Shown piece by piece: positions 13,061 through 26,325 of a stretch of DNA of 64,000 nucleotides (position 1 is its first letter; each line of letters begins with the position of its first letter). The DNA is from Macrostomum hystrix (lineage: Eukaryota > Animalia > Platyhelminthes), in assembly GCA_950097015.1 (NCBI GenBank), contig CATNEN010000011.1:1674001-1738000 (forward strand). The letters are read 5' to 3'. The translations under genes and the position numbers were made by a program. The notes below the pieces were generated by a model. The model ran no database searches. It saw nothing but the letters and a program-made list of their open reading frames with translations, and was not told the origin of the DNA.

Positions 13061-16000
13061 GCCACTCAGTTTTTAGGGCACAAAGTGGCTTACTAATTGC
13101 ACAGGTAATAAAAAGCATTTAGCCAGCATCCATTTTAACGTTGACAAAAAACTGCTTTTGCGCGCAGCTCTTAAATTTTTATGGGCGTCATGGCCCAAAG
13201 CTCGCGGCCCAGTATTTACAACGAGTTTTTTGCCAATCGAGCTGCAGAAGGATTTCGGTGTCCATTTGGGGGGTCAAACGCCAGTCTAGATTGGGGCCAC
13301 CACGCTGAGTGATTGTCTGTTCGCATACTCGCTGTTTTAATGCTTAATTGGATGGCTATAAAGCATGCACAGCCAAATACCATTGCACTCCAAATGCCTC
13401 ATGCCTGGTTGAAATTAAATTTCCTAACGGAAACGAGTTCAAGCAAGTCCAACTGTGTTCAAATTTAGTTCTGTAACATTCTGCAATCTCAAAAGATCGC
13501 AATTTGTGCCTCATAATTTCCGGGTTTCAAATAGTAAATCTCATTTAGGAAAATGTCACGGCTGTCTGTTACCCAATTGTCCCTTTTTCTTAACAGTTGA
13601 AAGACAAAGCTATCTTGCCCCTGGGAAAACACCAAGGAGGGAATTCAAATCCCTCGAATACCCACTGCCTACTTCACGACAGCTCACAAACCCAATGACC
13701 GATTTTGAGCCCGTGTTCTTGATTTTCCAGAAGAAAAGAAAATGGGGATTTTTAGTACATTAAATCCCAATGTTTTTGAAGTCCTATTTGTGGGCCTAAA
13801 TAAAATAATTTGGGAAGGAATTCTAAAAACGCTATTCGATAATTTAAACTTCTTTTGTGTTAGGCCTCTGAAAGCTGCACTAAAAATTTCTGGCATAATT
13901 TAGTGCTGACAGGGCGGAGCAGAAGTTAGGATTCCTAGATGTTGCTTTTTTACATTTTGGCTGGAAACTTGACTTGGCTCACTGATGCCTGATTTATAAT
14001 ATCTGTTTAGTAACCATGGTCGCTTAGACAGCCATTGCTCCAGGGTCACCTTTTGGTGCCTTTTTGTCTCCAAGCCTTCAGTCGAACTAACCATACGGTA
14101 ATTTATACCTTCAATAAAAGAAGGCTGCCCACAATGTCCCACCCTGGAGCCAAACATATGTAGCAATATAGTCTGCTTCACCAAAGAGCCGTCGTGCTAA
14201 ATGCATAGCGACTAAAAAATAAATAAAAACTAAAATAATTCCTGTTCTTTCTTTTTTTGCTTTATGCCTACTTTAATTCGATCAAATCTTTGATTCGTAC
14301 AAAATGTGTACAACTGTTCAGTCCTTGGACTGGGGGCGAAGCAATGGTGAAACAAATTTCGAACTCCTGACCTCTTTATCGCTTGGTTACAATGTTCTAA
14401 CTATAGGGTTACAATCGAATTTTGAATAGCCACTGCCTACTTCACGACAGCTACCAAACTGAATGACCGATTTTCGTGAAAGTCCACCATATGGATCTAC
14501 ATTTTCCACCCTTCTGCGATGCTTTCAAAGCCGTCCGACATCGGTATCGTCAAGATATTCAGCAATTCTTGTCCAAATACCCTGGTGACAACTGGCATTG
14601 CTCTGTGTAAACATCTATGGCGAATCCATATCGGATTTTATTTTGCGCTCTGTGATTCAGGAAGCTGTTTCATCGGATAGAGCGAAAAATTTGAGTCCGT
14701 GTTCTGCATTTTCTCTCTCAACTTTTGCTTCAATCTTTTGTTGGACAGAGAAATCTATATTTAATCTACAAGAATGTGCATGATTAATTCGTATTTATAA
14801 CAAACATTAATACTCTTATCTTATCCCAAATCCACTTACAATGAGCTTAAAACCGATATAAATATGGACCAGATAGATTAGATAGCTGTGTGGGTGATTT
14901 ATGTGTTAGCCAAATTCATGCTTGACCCCACTTTTATGTCCAGGTGGCACACGGGTGGGATTCTATTCAATGAGGTCAGCAGCTTTGACCATGCTAAAAT
15001 CCCCATATACAATAGCGCTGTCTTTGTTGTCCACTTTCACACACAGACCCCTGAAATCCAAACACAATGAGCCTAATTATACATTACACACAGCTGTTCT
15101 TCCGGTGACAATAACAAACTAAAACGATAGTCCGGGCATAGCTAATATAAAATGACTATCAATTTGAGAGCTTTGTGACTAGCGACCCGTGACCTATACC
15201 CTAACTGAAAGTGACATTAATTACAACAACGCGAAAGCACAATATGTCAATTGACACAAGCCAACATTGACAGAATGCTAATTTTTCGCTCTAGATTGAT
15301 AAACTAATTCTAGGAAAGAAAGAGAGTTAGCTGACAGAATAAAATCAATTATTCTGTTTGTTAAAAAAAAACTTTAAAGAAAATAAAACTAAGCACTGAC
15401 CCGATCGCTGGCCTTCAGGTCAAGTCCTAATTGAGCAACAGTTCGACCTAATAGCTGCAATTATAAGCTTGGATGATAATCTTTGTGCTTTTATAGCAAC
15501 CAACTCGTATCTTCGGACTGATCAAATACAACTCGACCATAAAAACTGGTCTATAGCTAAGAATTTCATAGCCAAACTGCTCAATCTCGACTGTCAAAAC
15601 CTGCACAGAAAACTTGGAATTATAATTTATGACCCGTCTAAAAACCCTCTGCAATGCCACTGCGGTGACTGGTGGAGTAGGCCTTAAGGTCTGGTCCTAC
15701 ACTATTTATACTGGCTCCCGTATCAATAGCTCCGCTGTGTTACGTAATAGGCGCTGCATTCTACACTCCCGCCCTATAGGGTTCGCATACACACCCTACT
15801 AGATTGTGTGCTGTTGTTGCCAAGTCTTGTGGACAGACCAGACCAGGCTGAGGGCAGCACAAAGAAAGCGATCTGCAAAAAATGGCTACTTTAAATTGAT
15901 CACCTAAGCTATTTGGCTTTGGGTTTGCAAGACATTTACTGACAGCACAGCCGCAACTATTGCGCGGCGCATCTGAAAGCTGCGTACGGCTGTTCAGTCC

Positions 16001-16634
16001 ATGGACTGGTGGGAATGTCACGCCACAATAAATTACCCTCAGCTAATAGTTTAGGAAATTTACTCAACCTTATCTTCCGTGATCAAAATATAGAATTAGA
16101 ATACAGGGGATAATATGCAGTATCCTTATCCCATTTCCCCAAAATGCCAGTTCTTTTATGGGGACCAGAGATTTTTGACAGACTGTTGTGCGCCCCCACA
16201 GCAAACAAAGACTTGTCAATCAAGCAAACTCGTGAATGAAAAGCGAACATTTATTTACCAGTGTTTCATATCAATAGAAAGAAACTAAAAATATGCTTAT
16301 ATCCAAGCGACTCGAGTTTGCAAAGATTTTATTTAAAAAAGCTACCACTTTGTTCTCAAATCTGTTCCACATTGCTAGCTATACTTCCTAGTCCAGACGG
16401 TGTAACAAAAGTACAAAGTAAATTGAGAAAAACTAGTTGAAACACTTTTTAAGCAGTTATTATCACAAGGAAAAAATACTTCTGTCTTCAATTCGCAATT
16501 TTGATTTAAAATCCGAAATAAAAGAAAACTGTTTACTATATCATGATCCCCATTACAAATCCTCGTTTTAGGATCTTAGTTTAGAATCCCAAAACTCTTC
16601 ATCAGGACTTCAGTAAATCTGCGGAAATCCAAGT

Positions 16635-16980
16635 TAGGGATTATGAAATGAGGATTCCGGAATTTGAATTTAGGCGTGGGTATTTGGGAATTTAGATTCG
16701 GAAATGGGGATTTATGAATAAGGATTTGGGAACGAGGATTTGGGAATGAGAATATGGGAATGAGGATTTGGGAATGGGGACTAGAGAATGGGGATTCGGG
16801 AATGGGGATTTGGGAATGGGGACTAGAGAATGGGGATTCGGGAATGGGGATTTGGGAATGGAAATTTGGGAATGGGGATTCGGGAATGGGGATTTCGGGA
16901 ATGGGGATTTCGGAATGGGGATTCAGGGAATGGGGATTCGGAACCAGGGTTTGGGGATGAGAATTTCTTATTCGGGAATT
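16635..16980. repeat. Degenerate GGGAAT/GGGGATT repeat
   Basis: Direct reading; irregular period. Confidence 0.85.
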
Positions 16981-18254
16981 AAAAAATGAGGAAATATGCG
17001 TGCCCATTGGATTCAGCTCCCAATACTAGTCCTAGTCAAGCCCTGCACTGCCATCTGTCAATCACTTTGCCAGTTTTATGCCGAACAGCCACTCAACTTT
17101 TTCTGTTTCCAATAGCCCCCAAAAAACAAAGACCTTCCCTCTACGAGTATGTAATGGGAGTTTGTGGCCAGAATTAGTGATGGGATAATTAGCAAGCTAG
17201 GGACGCCGAATGAATAACCGCAGTTGCATATTTCAATGTAGCAGCAATGAGTCACTCGTCACAAATACAGGGACTAGCTCACAGTTCTCCATCTAGATTT
17301 TGCCCGATAGTGATTTCAAATATTCTCTAATGCATAATATTCCTAGCTAGCTGTATAGGATCTCGGCTTTGCAAAGGCTTCATAGGAAATTCAAAAGGCC
17401 AAACTGAAGGCTGAACGCTTCGTTGATTCAAAAAAGGTGAACGTTTTGCGTAATTCTTTTTTTTTTTCACAATTTCATTGTTCACGCATAGGTCTTTGTT
17501 ATGAATAATCTCCCCTTATGACACAAAATTAATCTCCTAGAAAATGTCTAGCATTTTATTTCATCGGCAAACACTCTTCAGGGGGTCAAGAGTTGTTTTA
17601 ATACTCTGCGCTTTCAATTAATGCGACACGAGAGAGCATATTTCAATGGAAGACCTATTATCCCCTATCTAGTCCCGAGACACCTCGAAACACAGACACT
17701 GGAGAAAAAAATCAAAACAAAGACCTTGCTAATTAATGCGGTCTATTTTTAGAACGCTGTTTTGTCACGGTCTCCCAATTTAAATATCTCAAAATTGAAA
17801 TCTCGACAGTGCTTTGCGAAGCTTCAGGCAAGGGCCAGAACAGTGTTTTTTCAAATCCCTTTACCTTTAGCTCTCGGGTTAACTTATGAATCGATTATCC
17901 AATAGCTTGCTACGTTACTTCCCACTTGAGCATAGCTACTCACACCCAACATAGCGAGCCGTGTATTTCTACTTTCTACAACAATTATCCTGCGTATGGA
18001 ACGCGGTTGGGACAGATCGTTAAACTCCGTAGCCTCTAATTAAAGATTTCGGCGCAATTGCCCACTCAAAGTTAGACAGACAGTCTCTAAGTGGATTGAG
18101 TAGTTTCACCTGCGATTTTGAGCAGTTTAGTAATGACATTCAGCTATTGGCTAGCTGCCCGGAATATGGGCAGAGTGGACGGAAAAGATTTTTCGGAACT
18201 GAAGAATGATTGATTCTGGAATGGGGTTTTAGAAGAAATTGGACATGAACTTTA

Positions 18255-19078
18255 GGAGTTTTGGAATCGGGATTCAAGAATTGGGATTTAGGAATAGGGA
18301 TTCAAGAATTGGGATTTAGGAATAGGGATTCAAGAATTGGGATTTAGGAATAGGGATTCAAGAATTGGGATCTAGGAATAGGGATTCAAGAATTGGGATT
18401 TAGGAATCGGGATTCAAGAATTGGGATCTAGGAATCAAGATTCAAGAATTGGGATTAAGGAATAGGGATTCAAGAATTGGGATTTAGGAATAGGGATTCA
18501 AGAATTGGGATTTTGGAATCAAGATTCAAGAATTGGGATTTAGGAATCGGGATTCAAGAATTGGGATTTAGGAATAGGGATTCAAGAATTGGGATTTTGG
18601 AATCAAGATTCAAGAATTGGGATTTAGGAATCGGGATTCAAGAATTGGGATTTAGGAATAGGGATTCAAGAATTGGGATTTAGGAATCAAGATTCAAGAA
18701 TTGGGATTTAGGAATCAAGATTCAAGAGTTGGGATTTAGGAATCGGGATTCAAGAATTTGGATTTAGGAATCGGGATTCAAGAATCGGGATTTAGGAATA
18801 GGGATTCAAGAATTGGGATTTAGGAATAGGGATTCAAGAATTGGGATTTAGGAATCAAGATTCAAGAATTGGGATTTAGGAATCGGGATTCAAGAATTGG
18901 GATTTAGGAATCAGGATTCAAGAATTGCGATTTAGGAATCGGGATTCAAGAATTGGGATTTAGGAATCGGGATTCAAGGATTGGGATTTAGGAATCGGGA
19001 TTCAAGAATTGGGATTTAGGAATCGGGATTCAAGAATCGGGATTTAGGAATAGGGATTAGTGAATGGGAATTTCGGAT
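18255..19078. repeat. 28-bp (14+14) array GGGATTCAAGAATTGGGATTTAGGAAT(A/C), ~30 copies
   Basis: Direct reading. Confidence 0.96.
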
Positions 19079-19552
19079 TAAGGATTTTAGAATCCCCTGA
19101 GCACGCGCGCACACAGATACTGTACACAGGTGTGTACATCTGCCCTGACTTTCTCATTGTCAGGCAGTGTAAAATTTCACTGTGCCCTGGGTGAATTTTA
19201 ATTTTCTAAAACTCTGGATATTGTTCAACGTGCATTTTAGTTTTCAAACTTGTTGATTATGTTTACTCATGACACTATTAGAAAATTGCTATTTAATATA
19301 ACAATACTGTACTTAGGTGCTATAAAAGCCTGACCTTCTATTGCTAAGCCGTAAGGTGTGCTAAAAATTCCGAGTTAATTAGCAGAAAATTATTCAAGAA
19401 CAATTAATTTGTGTCAGGAAAAAAATGATTGCCTTTTTCTAGCTTTCAGGTCGATTTCCAGTCTCATTCCTCTAACTAGGGTCACAAATAGAGTTTAGGC
19501 CTTAGCTTGCACAGCAAAAGAACTGCTGATTATGACAACAATATGACTAATT

Positions 19553-19921
19553 CTCGTGAATTTAGGATACCGTGAATTTAGAATCCCGTGAATTTAGAAT
19601 CCCACGAATTTAGAATCCCGTGAATTTAGAATCCCACGAATTTAGAATCCCGTGAATTGAGAATCCCGTGAACTTTGAATCCGTGAATTTAGAATCCCGT
19701 GAACTTTGAATCCGTGAATTTAGAATCCCGTGAATTTAGAAACCCATGAATTTAGAATCCCGTGAATTTACAATCTTGTGAATTTTTAATCCCGTGAATT
19801 TCGAATCCTGTGAATATAGAATCCCGTGAACTTTGAATTCGGGAATTTAGAATCCCGTGAATTTAGAATCCCGTGATTTTAGAATCCCGTGAATTTAGAA
19901 TCCCATGAATTTAGAATCCCC
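19553..19921. repeat. 16-bp array GTGAATTTAGAATCCC, ~23 copies
   Basis: Direct reading. Confidence 0.94.
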
Positions 19922-20037
19922 TGAAGTTTCAATAAAGTGAATTTATTATCCTGTGAATCTTGCGTAAGTGAGAAAATATTGGGAAACTTGACAGTCTGAC
20001 GGTCAAGTAAACACGGCAGAAAAAGCAGCAGACTCAC

Positions 20038-20133
20038 CTGTAGAAGCAGATCCCTATTTCGTGGGCTCGGTAAACTCAGCTGAAGTGTTTGCCTTCTCAA
20101 ATCCTGCAGACAGCGTTGGCAAGCCTCACATCT

Positions 20134-20200
<67 letters not shown>

Positions 20201-20264
20201 ATGGGTGTCGGTGGCAAAGGCATCTTAGCCCTCTCAGGAACATAGTTGCTCTTCATTATCAAGG
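20038..20264 (-). CDS. Putative coding exon with a 22-Gln tract (unknown gene)
   Basis: Perfect donor CAG|GTGAGT at 20038/20037. Only the Gln frame stays open from the repeat to the donor (MPLPPTPI-Q22-RCEACQRCL...LLLQ). The acceptor (AG at 20266-20265 or 20270-20269) is weak. Confidence 0.45.
20134..20199. repeat. (CTG)21 trinucleotide repeat, i.e. (CAG)21 CAA on the minus strand
   Basis: Counted 20137-20199. Confidence 0.97.
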
Positions 20265-20872
20265 CTAGCTATCGATTGACGATTGAAATGCAGCGAAATC
20301 TTTTAGTCTTCTGCCTTCAGACTTTTAGCAGTTAGGTTGTCGAAATTCATTTTGATGTTGTCGAAAATTTGGTCTCGATTTTTTTTTAATGACGCACTAA
20401 AATCTAAATTGGAGACAGGTAAATACTAGTGATTAGGATTAATATGGACAGACAGGATCTTGTTCACAGTTCTTCAGTTTAGGCCCAGATAGTCAAATCT
20501 GTCTTTTCCTACGTGACCGTCACAGACCATAGTCTTATGTTTAATTATTTGGCTTGGGCATGGGGTGGTGCAAACCCTACTAGCCAATGGCTGCTCTCTT
20601 CGCTAAGTTCTATAGTAGCCAACCCCACACAGTCTCTCTCTTCACTGACTGCGATCCAAAGCAAGTCCCCAAATATTGGGGAATGTACATCGGTGGTGCC
20701 ATCGTGTCTTTTTATGAGCCCATCAGTTGCGGGGTTACCAAAAACCTGACAGCCAATGAGAAATCTGAATTTGAGAAGGAAATCCGAACACAATGTTACC
20801 AAGCTTAATGTGAAGATGTCGTTGATTAAAAGAAAATGAATGCCAAAATTAAATTGTGCTCTTCTACAGGAC

Positions 20873-21786
20873 ATGAGAGAGATTAGAGATGGAGAGGAGA
20901 GAGATTAGAGAAGAAGAGGAGAGAGATTAGAGAAGAAGAGGAGAGAGATTAGAGAAGAAGAGGAGAGAGATTAGAGAAGAAGAGGAGAGAGATGAGAGAA
21001 GGAGAGGAGAGAGATTAGAGAAGAAGAGGAGAGAGATTAGAGAAGAAGAGGAGAGAGATTAGAGAAGAAGAGGAGAGAGATTAGAGAAGAAGAGGAGAGA
21101 GATTAGAGATGGAGAGGAGAGAGATTAGAGATGGAGATGAGAGAGATTAGAGATGGAGAGGAGAGAGATTAGAGATGGAGATGAGAGAGATTAGAGATGG
21201 AGATGAGAGAGATTAGAGAAGGAGAGGAGAGGGATTAGACACGAAGAGGAGAGAGATTAGAGAAGAAGAGGAGAGAGATTAGAGATGGAGAGGAGAGAGA
21301 TTAGAGATGGAGAGGAGAGGGATTAGACACGAAGAGGAGAGAGATTAGAGAAGAAGAGGAGAGAGATTAGAGATGGAGAGGAGAGAGATTAGAGATGGAG
21401 ATGAGAGAGATTAGAGATGGAGAGGAGAGAGATTAGAGATGGAGATGAGAGAGATTAGAGATGGAGATGAGAGAGATTAGAGAAGGAGAGGAGAGGGATT
21501 AGACACGAAGAGGAGAGAGATTAGAGAAGAAGAGGAGAGAGATTAGAGATGGAGAGGAGAGAGATTAGAGATGGAGAGGAGAGGGATTAGACACGAAGAG
21601 GAGAGAGATTAGAGAAGAAGAGGAGAGAGATTAGAGATGGAGAGGAGAGAGATTAGAGATTGAGAGGAGAGAGATTATAGATTGAGAGGAGAGAGATTAG
21701 AGATGGAGAGGAGAGAGATTAGAGAAGGAGAGGAGAGAGATTAGAGAAGGAGAGGAGAGATTAGAATTGGATATGAGAGAGATTAG
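20873..21786. repeat. 22-bp purine-rich array GAGAGAGATTAGAGAAGAAGAG, ~42 copies
   Basis: Direct reading. Confidence 0.95.
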
Positions 21787-22080
21787 AGGTCCAAGTTAGT
21801 TATAGGGAAGGGTTGATGGGACCAGTTGTCAAAATCAAGCGATCAGGCTGTAACTATTTTCTAGGGAATATTTACAAGGCCACATCCCCAGTGTCACATC
21901 CAGGTTTCTCTATCCCCACCAGACAGGTCGTAAAATGATGGATCATTTGACCAACTCTGACAGGCACCTCGCGTCCTCCTTCATCATATTTTACCGGGTC
22001 TTTGTTTGCGACCAAAACTCTCCAGCGTCTCGTCTCTTTTCTCCTTACACCAATGACCTAAGGGGGGTTCAATGACTCAC

Positions 22081-22279
22081 TGCATGCATCCGAAGGATCA
22101 GAAACCGAACAGTTTTGGTGACTCGATCTGGCCTGCATTCTTGGCCTTGAATTTGCACACTCGCTTAAACCTTACTCACCATGGCCTTCTTAGTTGAGTC
22201 AAGTCTTTGGTGTGATTTTTTTTGACAAGAATAATCGACTCAAGATCGTAAATCAAACAGTTAGACGGAATTCCTCAAG
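22081..22279 (-). other. Possible 5' exons of the polyQ gene: 22279-22180 (ends gccATG|GTGAGT) and 22132-22081
   Basis: Acceptor tttttttacAG; two GTGAGT donors (22179, 22080). A 47-nt intron would give M-ARSSHQNCSVSDPSDAC, phase 1, compatible with the acceptor at 20265. Speculative. Confidence 0.25.
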
Positions 22280-22377
22280 CTGTAAAAAAACTGCTATTGA
22301 GTTATACTACCTGCTGCCTACTCAAAACACGCTACGGAAAAAATAAGGCTGGAGCAGGTTGGAGCAGGAGCAGGAGC

Positions 22378-22815
22378 ATCTCACTCTACCTCTCATCATC
22401 TCACTCTACCTCTCATCATCTCACTCTACCTCTCATGATCTCACTCTACCTCTCATTGTCTCACTCTACCTCTCATGATCTCACTCCACCTCTCATGATC
22501 TCACTCTACCTCTCATTGTCTCACTCTACCTCTCATGATCTCACTCCACCTCTCATGATCTCACTCTAACTCTCATGATCTCACTCCACCTCTCATTGTC
22601 TCACTCCACCTCTCATCATCTCACTCCACCTCTCATTGTTTCACTCCACCTCTCATTGTCTCACTATACCTCTCGTCATCTCACTCTGCCTTTCATGATC
22701 TCACTTTACCTCTCGTCATCTCACTCTACCTCTCATTGTCTCACTCTACCTCTCACATCTCACTCCACCTCTCATGATCTCACTCTACCTCTCATGATCT
22801 TACTCTGCCTCTCAC
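22378..22815. repeat. 20-bp array TCTCACTCTACCTCTCATGA, ~22 copies
   Basis: Direct reading. Confidence 0.94.
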
Positions 22816-23394
22816 TCACAGATTCTTACCTGTAATTTGTTCCACAGATCAGAACAAATTAGTTCGCAATCTTCAACGTGCCATCCAAAATTTATGGCAC
22901 AAACAGAATCGTTATAATTAGAAATTTAGTCCTTAAGTCACTTAGATAAGGCAATAAATTAATCTTCACCTTGAAATGATAAGACTATAGCTTTACTCTT
23001 GACAGTCGAGTTGTTGGTTCCGCGTTAATCACTGATTGGCAGTAAAACTTAATTATCATGCTAAAATAGTCGTGTCGATCCACAGTTGATGACTAACAGC
23101 TCGTTGGTTTCAATTTGAAACCTTTAAATATTGCTGAGACAAACTTTAGAGCTGTGCATATATTTTATGGATGTTTGCTCTGTTGCTAAGGTCATTTGAG
23201 TGGTCTTGTTTGACTCGCTGTTATAAATTAATGTACGTGACAATCTGCTAGTGAAACAATAGAATGGTTCTGCATGATTCTGAATTAACTTTTACTTTCC
23301 AATTGGCTTTGTTTGTTTTTTGCATGCAGTTGCTTCTGCTGCTCCACATTGTGTATTATTTTCATAGAATGTAATATTGATTTCTATTCTCATC

Positions 23395-24265
23395 GTACCT
23401 CTCTCCCACCCACTCTGCCACTCTTTCTAGCACTCTACCTCTCTCCCTACCACTCTACCTCTCTTCCTACCACTCTACCTCTCTCCCTACCACTCTACCT
23501 CTCTCCCTAGCACTCTGCCACTCTCCCTACCACCCTACCTCTCTCCCTAGCACTCTACCTCTCTCCCTCCCACTCTGCCACTCTCCCTACCACCCTACCT
23601 CTCTCCCTAGCACTCTACCTCTCTCCCTACCACTCTACCTCTCTCCCTAGCACTCTACCTCTCTCCCTCCCACTCTGCCACTCTCCCTACCACCCTACCT
23701 CTCTCCCTAGCACTCTACCTCTCTCCCTCCCACTCTGCCACTCTCCCTACCACCCTACCTCTCTCCCTCCCACTCTACCTCTCTCCCTAGCACTCTACCT
23801 CTCTCCCTCCCACTCTGCCACTCTCCCTACCACCCTACCTCTCTCCCTACCACCCTACCTCTCTCCCTCCCAATCTATCTCTCTCCCTACCACTCTACCA
23901 CTCTCCCTACCACTCTACTTCTCTCCCTACCACTCTACCTCTCTCCCTACCACTCTACCTCTCACCCTACCACTCTACTTCTCTCCTACCACTCTACCTC
24001 TCTCCCTAGCACTCTACCTCTCTCCCTACCACTCTGTACCTCTCTCCCTACCACTCTACCTCTCTCCCTCCCACTCTACCTCTCACCCTACCACTCTACT
24101 TCTCTCCTACCACTCTACCTCTCTCCCTACCACTCTACCTCTCACCCTACCACTCTACCTCTCTCCCTAGCACTCTACCTCTCTCCCTACCACTCTGTAC
24201 CTCTCTCCCTAGCACTCTACCTCTCTCCCTACCACTCTACCTCTCTCCCTCCTAATCTACCTCCC
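23395..24265. repeat. 20-bp array CACTCTACCTCTCTCCCTAC, ~43 copies
   Basis: Direct reading; shares CACTCTACCTCTC with the 22.4-kb array. Confidence 0.95.
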
Positions 24266-24573
24266 TAGGTCTTAACGTCTTCGTCTCTCCGTCTTTAAAT
24301 TTTTGAAAACATTTCTTGCAAGTTAAAATCTGTAATTTATGAAGTTTCAATAATAATATGTGTAGTAGGACACGCATTACGCAGTATTATATAGCTGTTC
24401 CAGATTACAGACACAACCATGGTTTCTTATCAGCTGCTAAGCGTAAATTTTTAACATTTTTTCCTCTAACAAAATTCTCTTTTTGCCATAAACTTGCCAT
24501 AATTCAGTTTTCATTCGCAAGTAAAGTGGCTCGCGAAGTTTTTGTTTTATTGCTAGCTAGCGTGCAAACTCAC

Positions 24574-24715
24574 TTCTCTGCATCCGCGTCTTGAGTTGCT
24601 GTTGTCAGTTTTCGGTTTTATTATGCGAGCAAAGTTGAGTTGATCAGATCTTTATTTCACTCGCCTGAATTTTTGAGTGCGGTTTAAAAAATGAAAAACA
24701 ACAACGATGACGTCA
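24574..24715 (-). promoter_or_regulatory. Possible first non-coding exon/promoter with CRE palindrome
   Basis: Donor AA|GTGAGT at 24574/24573; TGACGTCA at 24708-24715. Confidence 0.2.
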
Positions 24716-24902
24716 CAGAAAATGATAGCTGTAAATTCAGTATGTTTTAGTCCATAAAATCAATGCGAACTGCTTCGTAATCAAGAATTAAATAATTAAT
24801 CAATAATATACCTGCCATATGAGTGTTCTCTGCTACATGAGTGTTCCTGATGAAACACGCGGCTTGTATAACAAAATCAGAACATTGTAACACTTACTCT
24901 CA

Positions 24903-25787
24903 CCTGTCTCATCTCTCCCCTGTCTCATCTCTCCCCTGTCTCATCTCTCCCCTGTCTCATCTCTCCCCTGTCTCATCTCTCCCCTGTCTCATCTCTCCCC
25001 TGTCTCATCTCTCCCCTGTCTCATCTCTCCCCTGTCTCATCTCTCCCCTGTCTCATCTCTCCCCTGTCTCATCTCTCCCCTGTCTCATCTCTCCCCTGTC
25101 TCATCTCTCCCCTGTCTCATCTCTCCCCTGTCTCATCTCTCCCCTGTCTAATCTCTCTATTGTCTCATCTCTCCCCTGTCTCATCTCTCCGCTGTCTCAT
25201 CTCTCCCCTGTCTCATCTCTCCCCTGTCTCATCTCTCCCCTGTCTCATCTCTCCCCTGTCTCATCTCTCCCCTGTCTCATCTCTCCCCTGTCTAATCTCT
25301 CTATTGTCTCATCTCTCCCCTGTCTCATCTCTCCGCTGTCTCATCTCTCCCCTGTCTCATCTCTCCCCTGTCTCATCTCTCCCCTGTCTCATCTCTCCCC
25401 TGTCTCATCTCTCCCCTGTCTCATCTCTCCCCTGTCTCATCTCTCCCCTGTCTCATCTCTCCCCTGTCTCATCTCTCCCCTGTCTCATCTCTCCCCTGTC
25501 TCATCTCTCCCCTGTCTCATCTCTCCCCTGTCTCATCTCTCCCCTGTCTCATCTCTCCCCAGTCTCGTCTCTCCCCTGTCTAATCTCTCTAGTGTCTCAT
25601 CTCTCCCCTGTCTCATCTCTCTAGTGTCTCATCTCTCCCCTGTCTCGGCTGTCCCCTGTCTAATCTCTCTAGTGTCTCATCTCTCCTTTGTCTCATCTCT
25701 CCCTGTCTCATCTCTCCCCTGTCTCATCTCTCCCCAGTCTCATCTCTCCCCAGTCTCATCTCTCTAGTGTCTCATCCCTCCCCTGCC
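24903..25787. repeat. 16-bp array CTGTCTCATCTCTCCC, ~55 copies
   Basis: Direct reading. Confidence 0.96.
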
Positions 25788-26325
25788 TCATTATTTTTTC
25801 ATGATCTTTTCAATATATATTCTAATAATTAAGCAATTAATAAGATTCCCAGTTGGAAATCAGACATTTCGGTAAAATGCAACTGAATTTTTTAATCTAT
25901 CCTTTAGACGTAGATTGATGCGTTGTACCCAATCGAGTTATTTTTATTTAGTTCCTTATATTGGTAAAATTGGCGGTGTCAGGCCAGTCAGGGTGCATTT
26001 CCGGTGTTTTGTATACCAAGGCCAAAACCTATCTAGTTGATGCCTTTCTTAAGCAATGATCTTCACTGATAACAGTTGCATAGCTATCTATAGATAAGAA
26101 GTTGTCACTTGTCAAGATACGAGCTAGTCACTAATTAATAAACTCTGATAGATAACAGAAAAAAAACACAATCGCATTGTACATTGATGCTAATTAGACG
26201 AAATTGTTCATATCAAATGTTAAGTGCTCTCAAAAACTTTGCTTGTAAATTAAATTGCGTATTTCGCTTTTCAGTAATCGCCATGCTACTGCAAGTAGTC
26301 AGTCACTTCACAGGATTAGACACCT

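Noticed and set aside
3182-13118. Long ORFs over the 25-bp, 13-bp and 7-bp arrays
   Set aside because: Identical peptides cycle through all three frames, the hallmark of non-triplet tandem repeats.
16635-19078. Interstitial telomeric repeat
   Set aside because: TTAGG(G) occurs only sporadically inside longer units; there is no (TTAGGG)n run.
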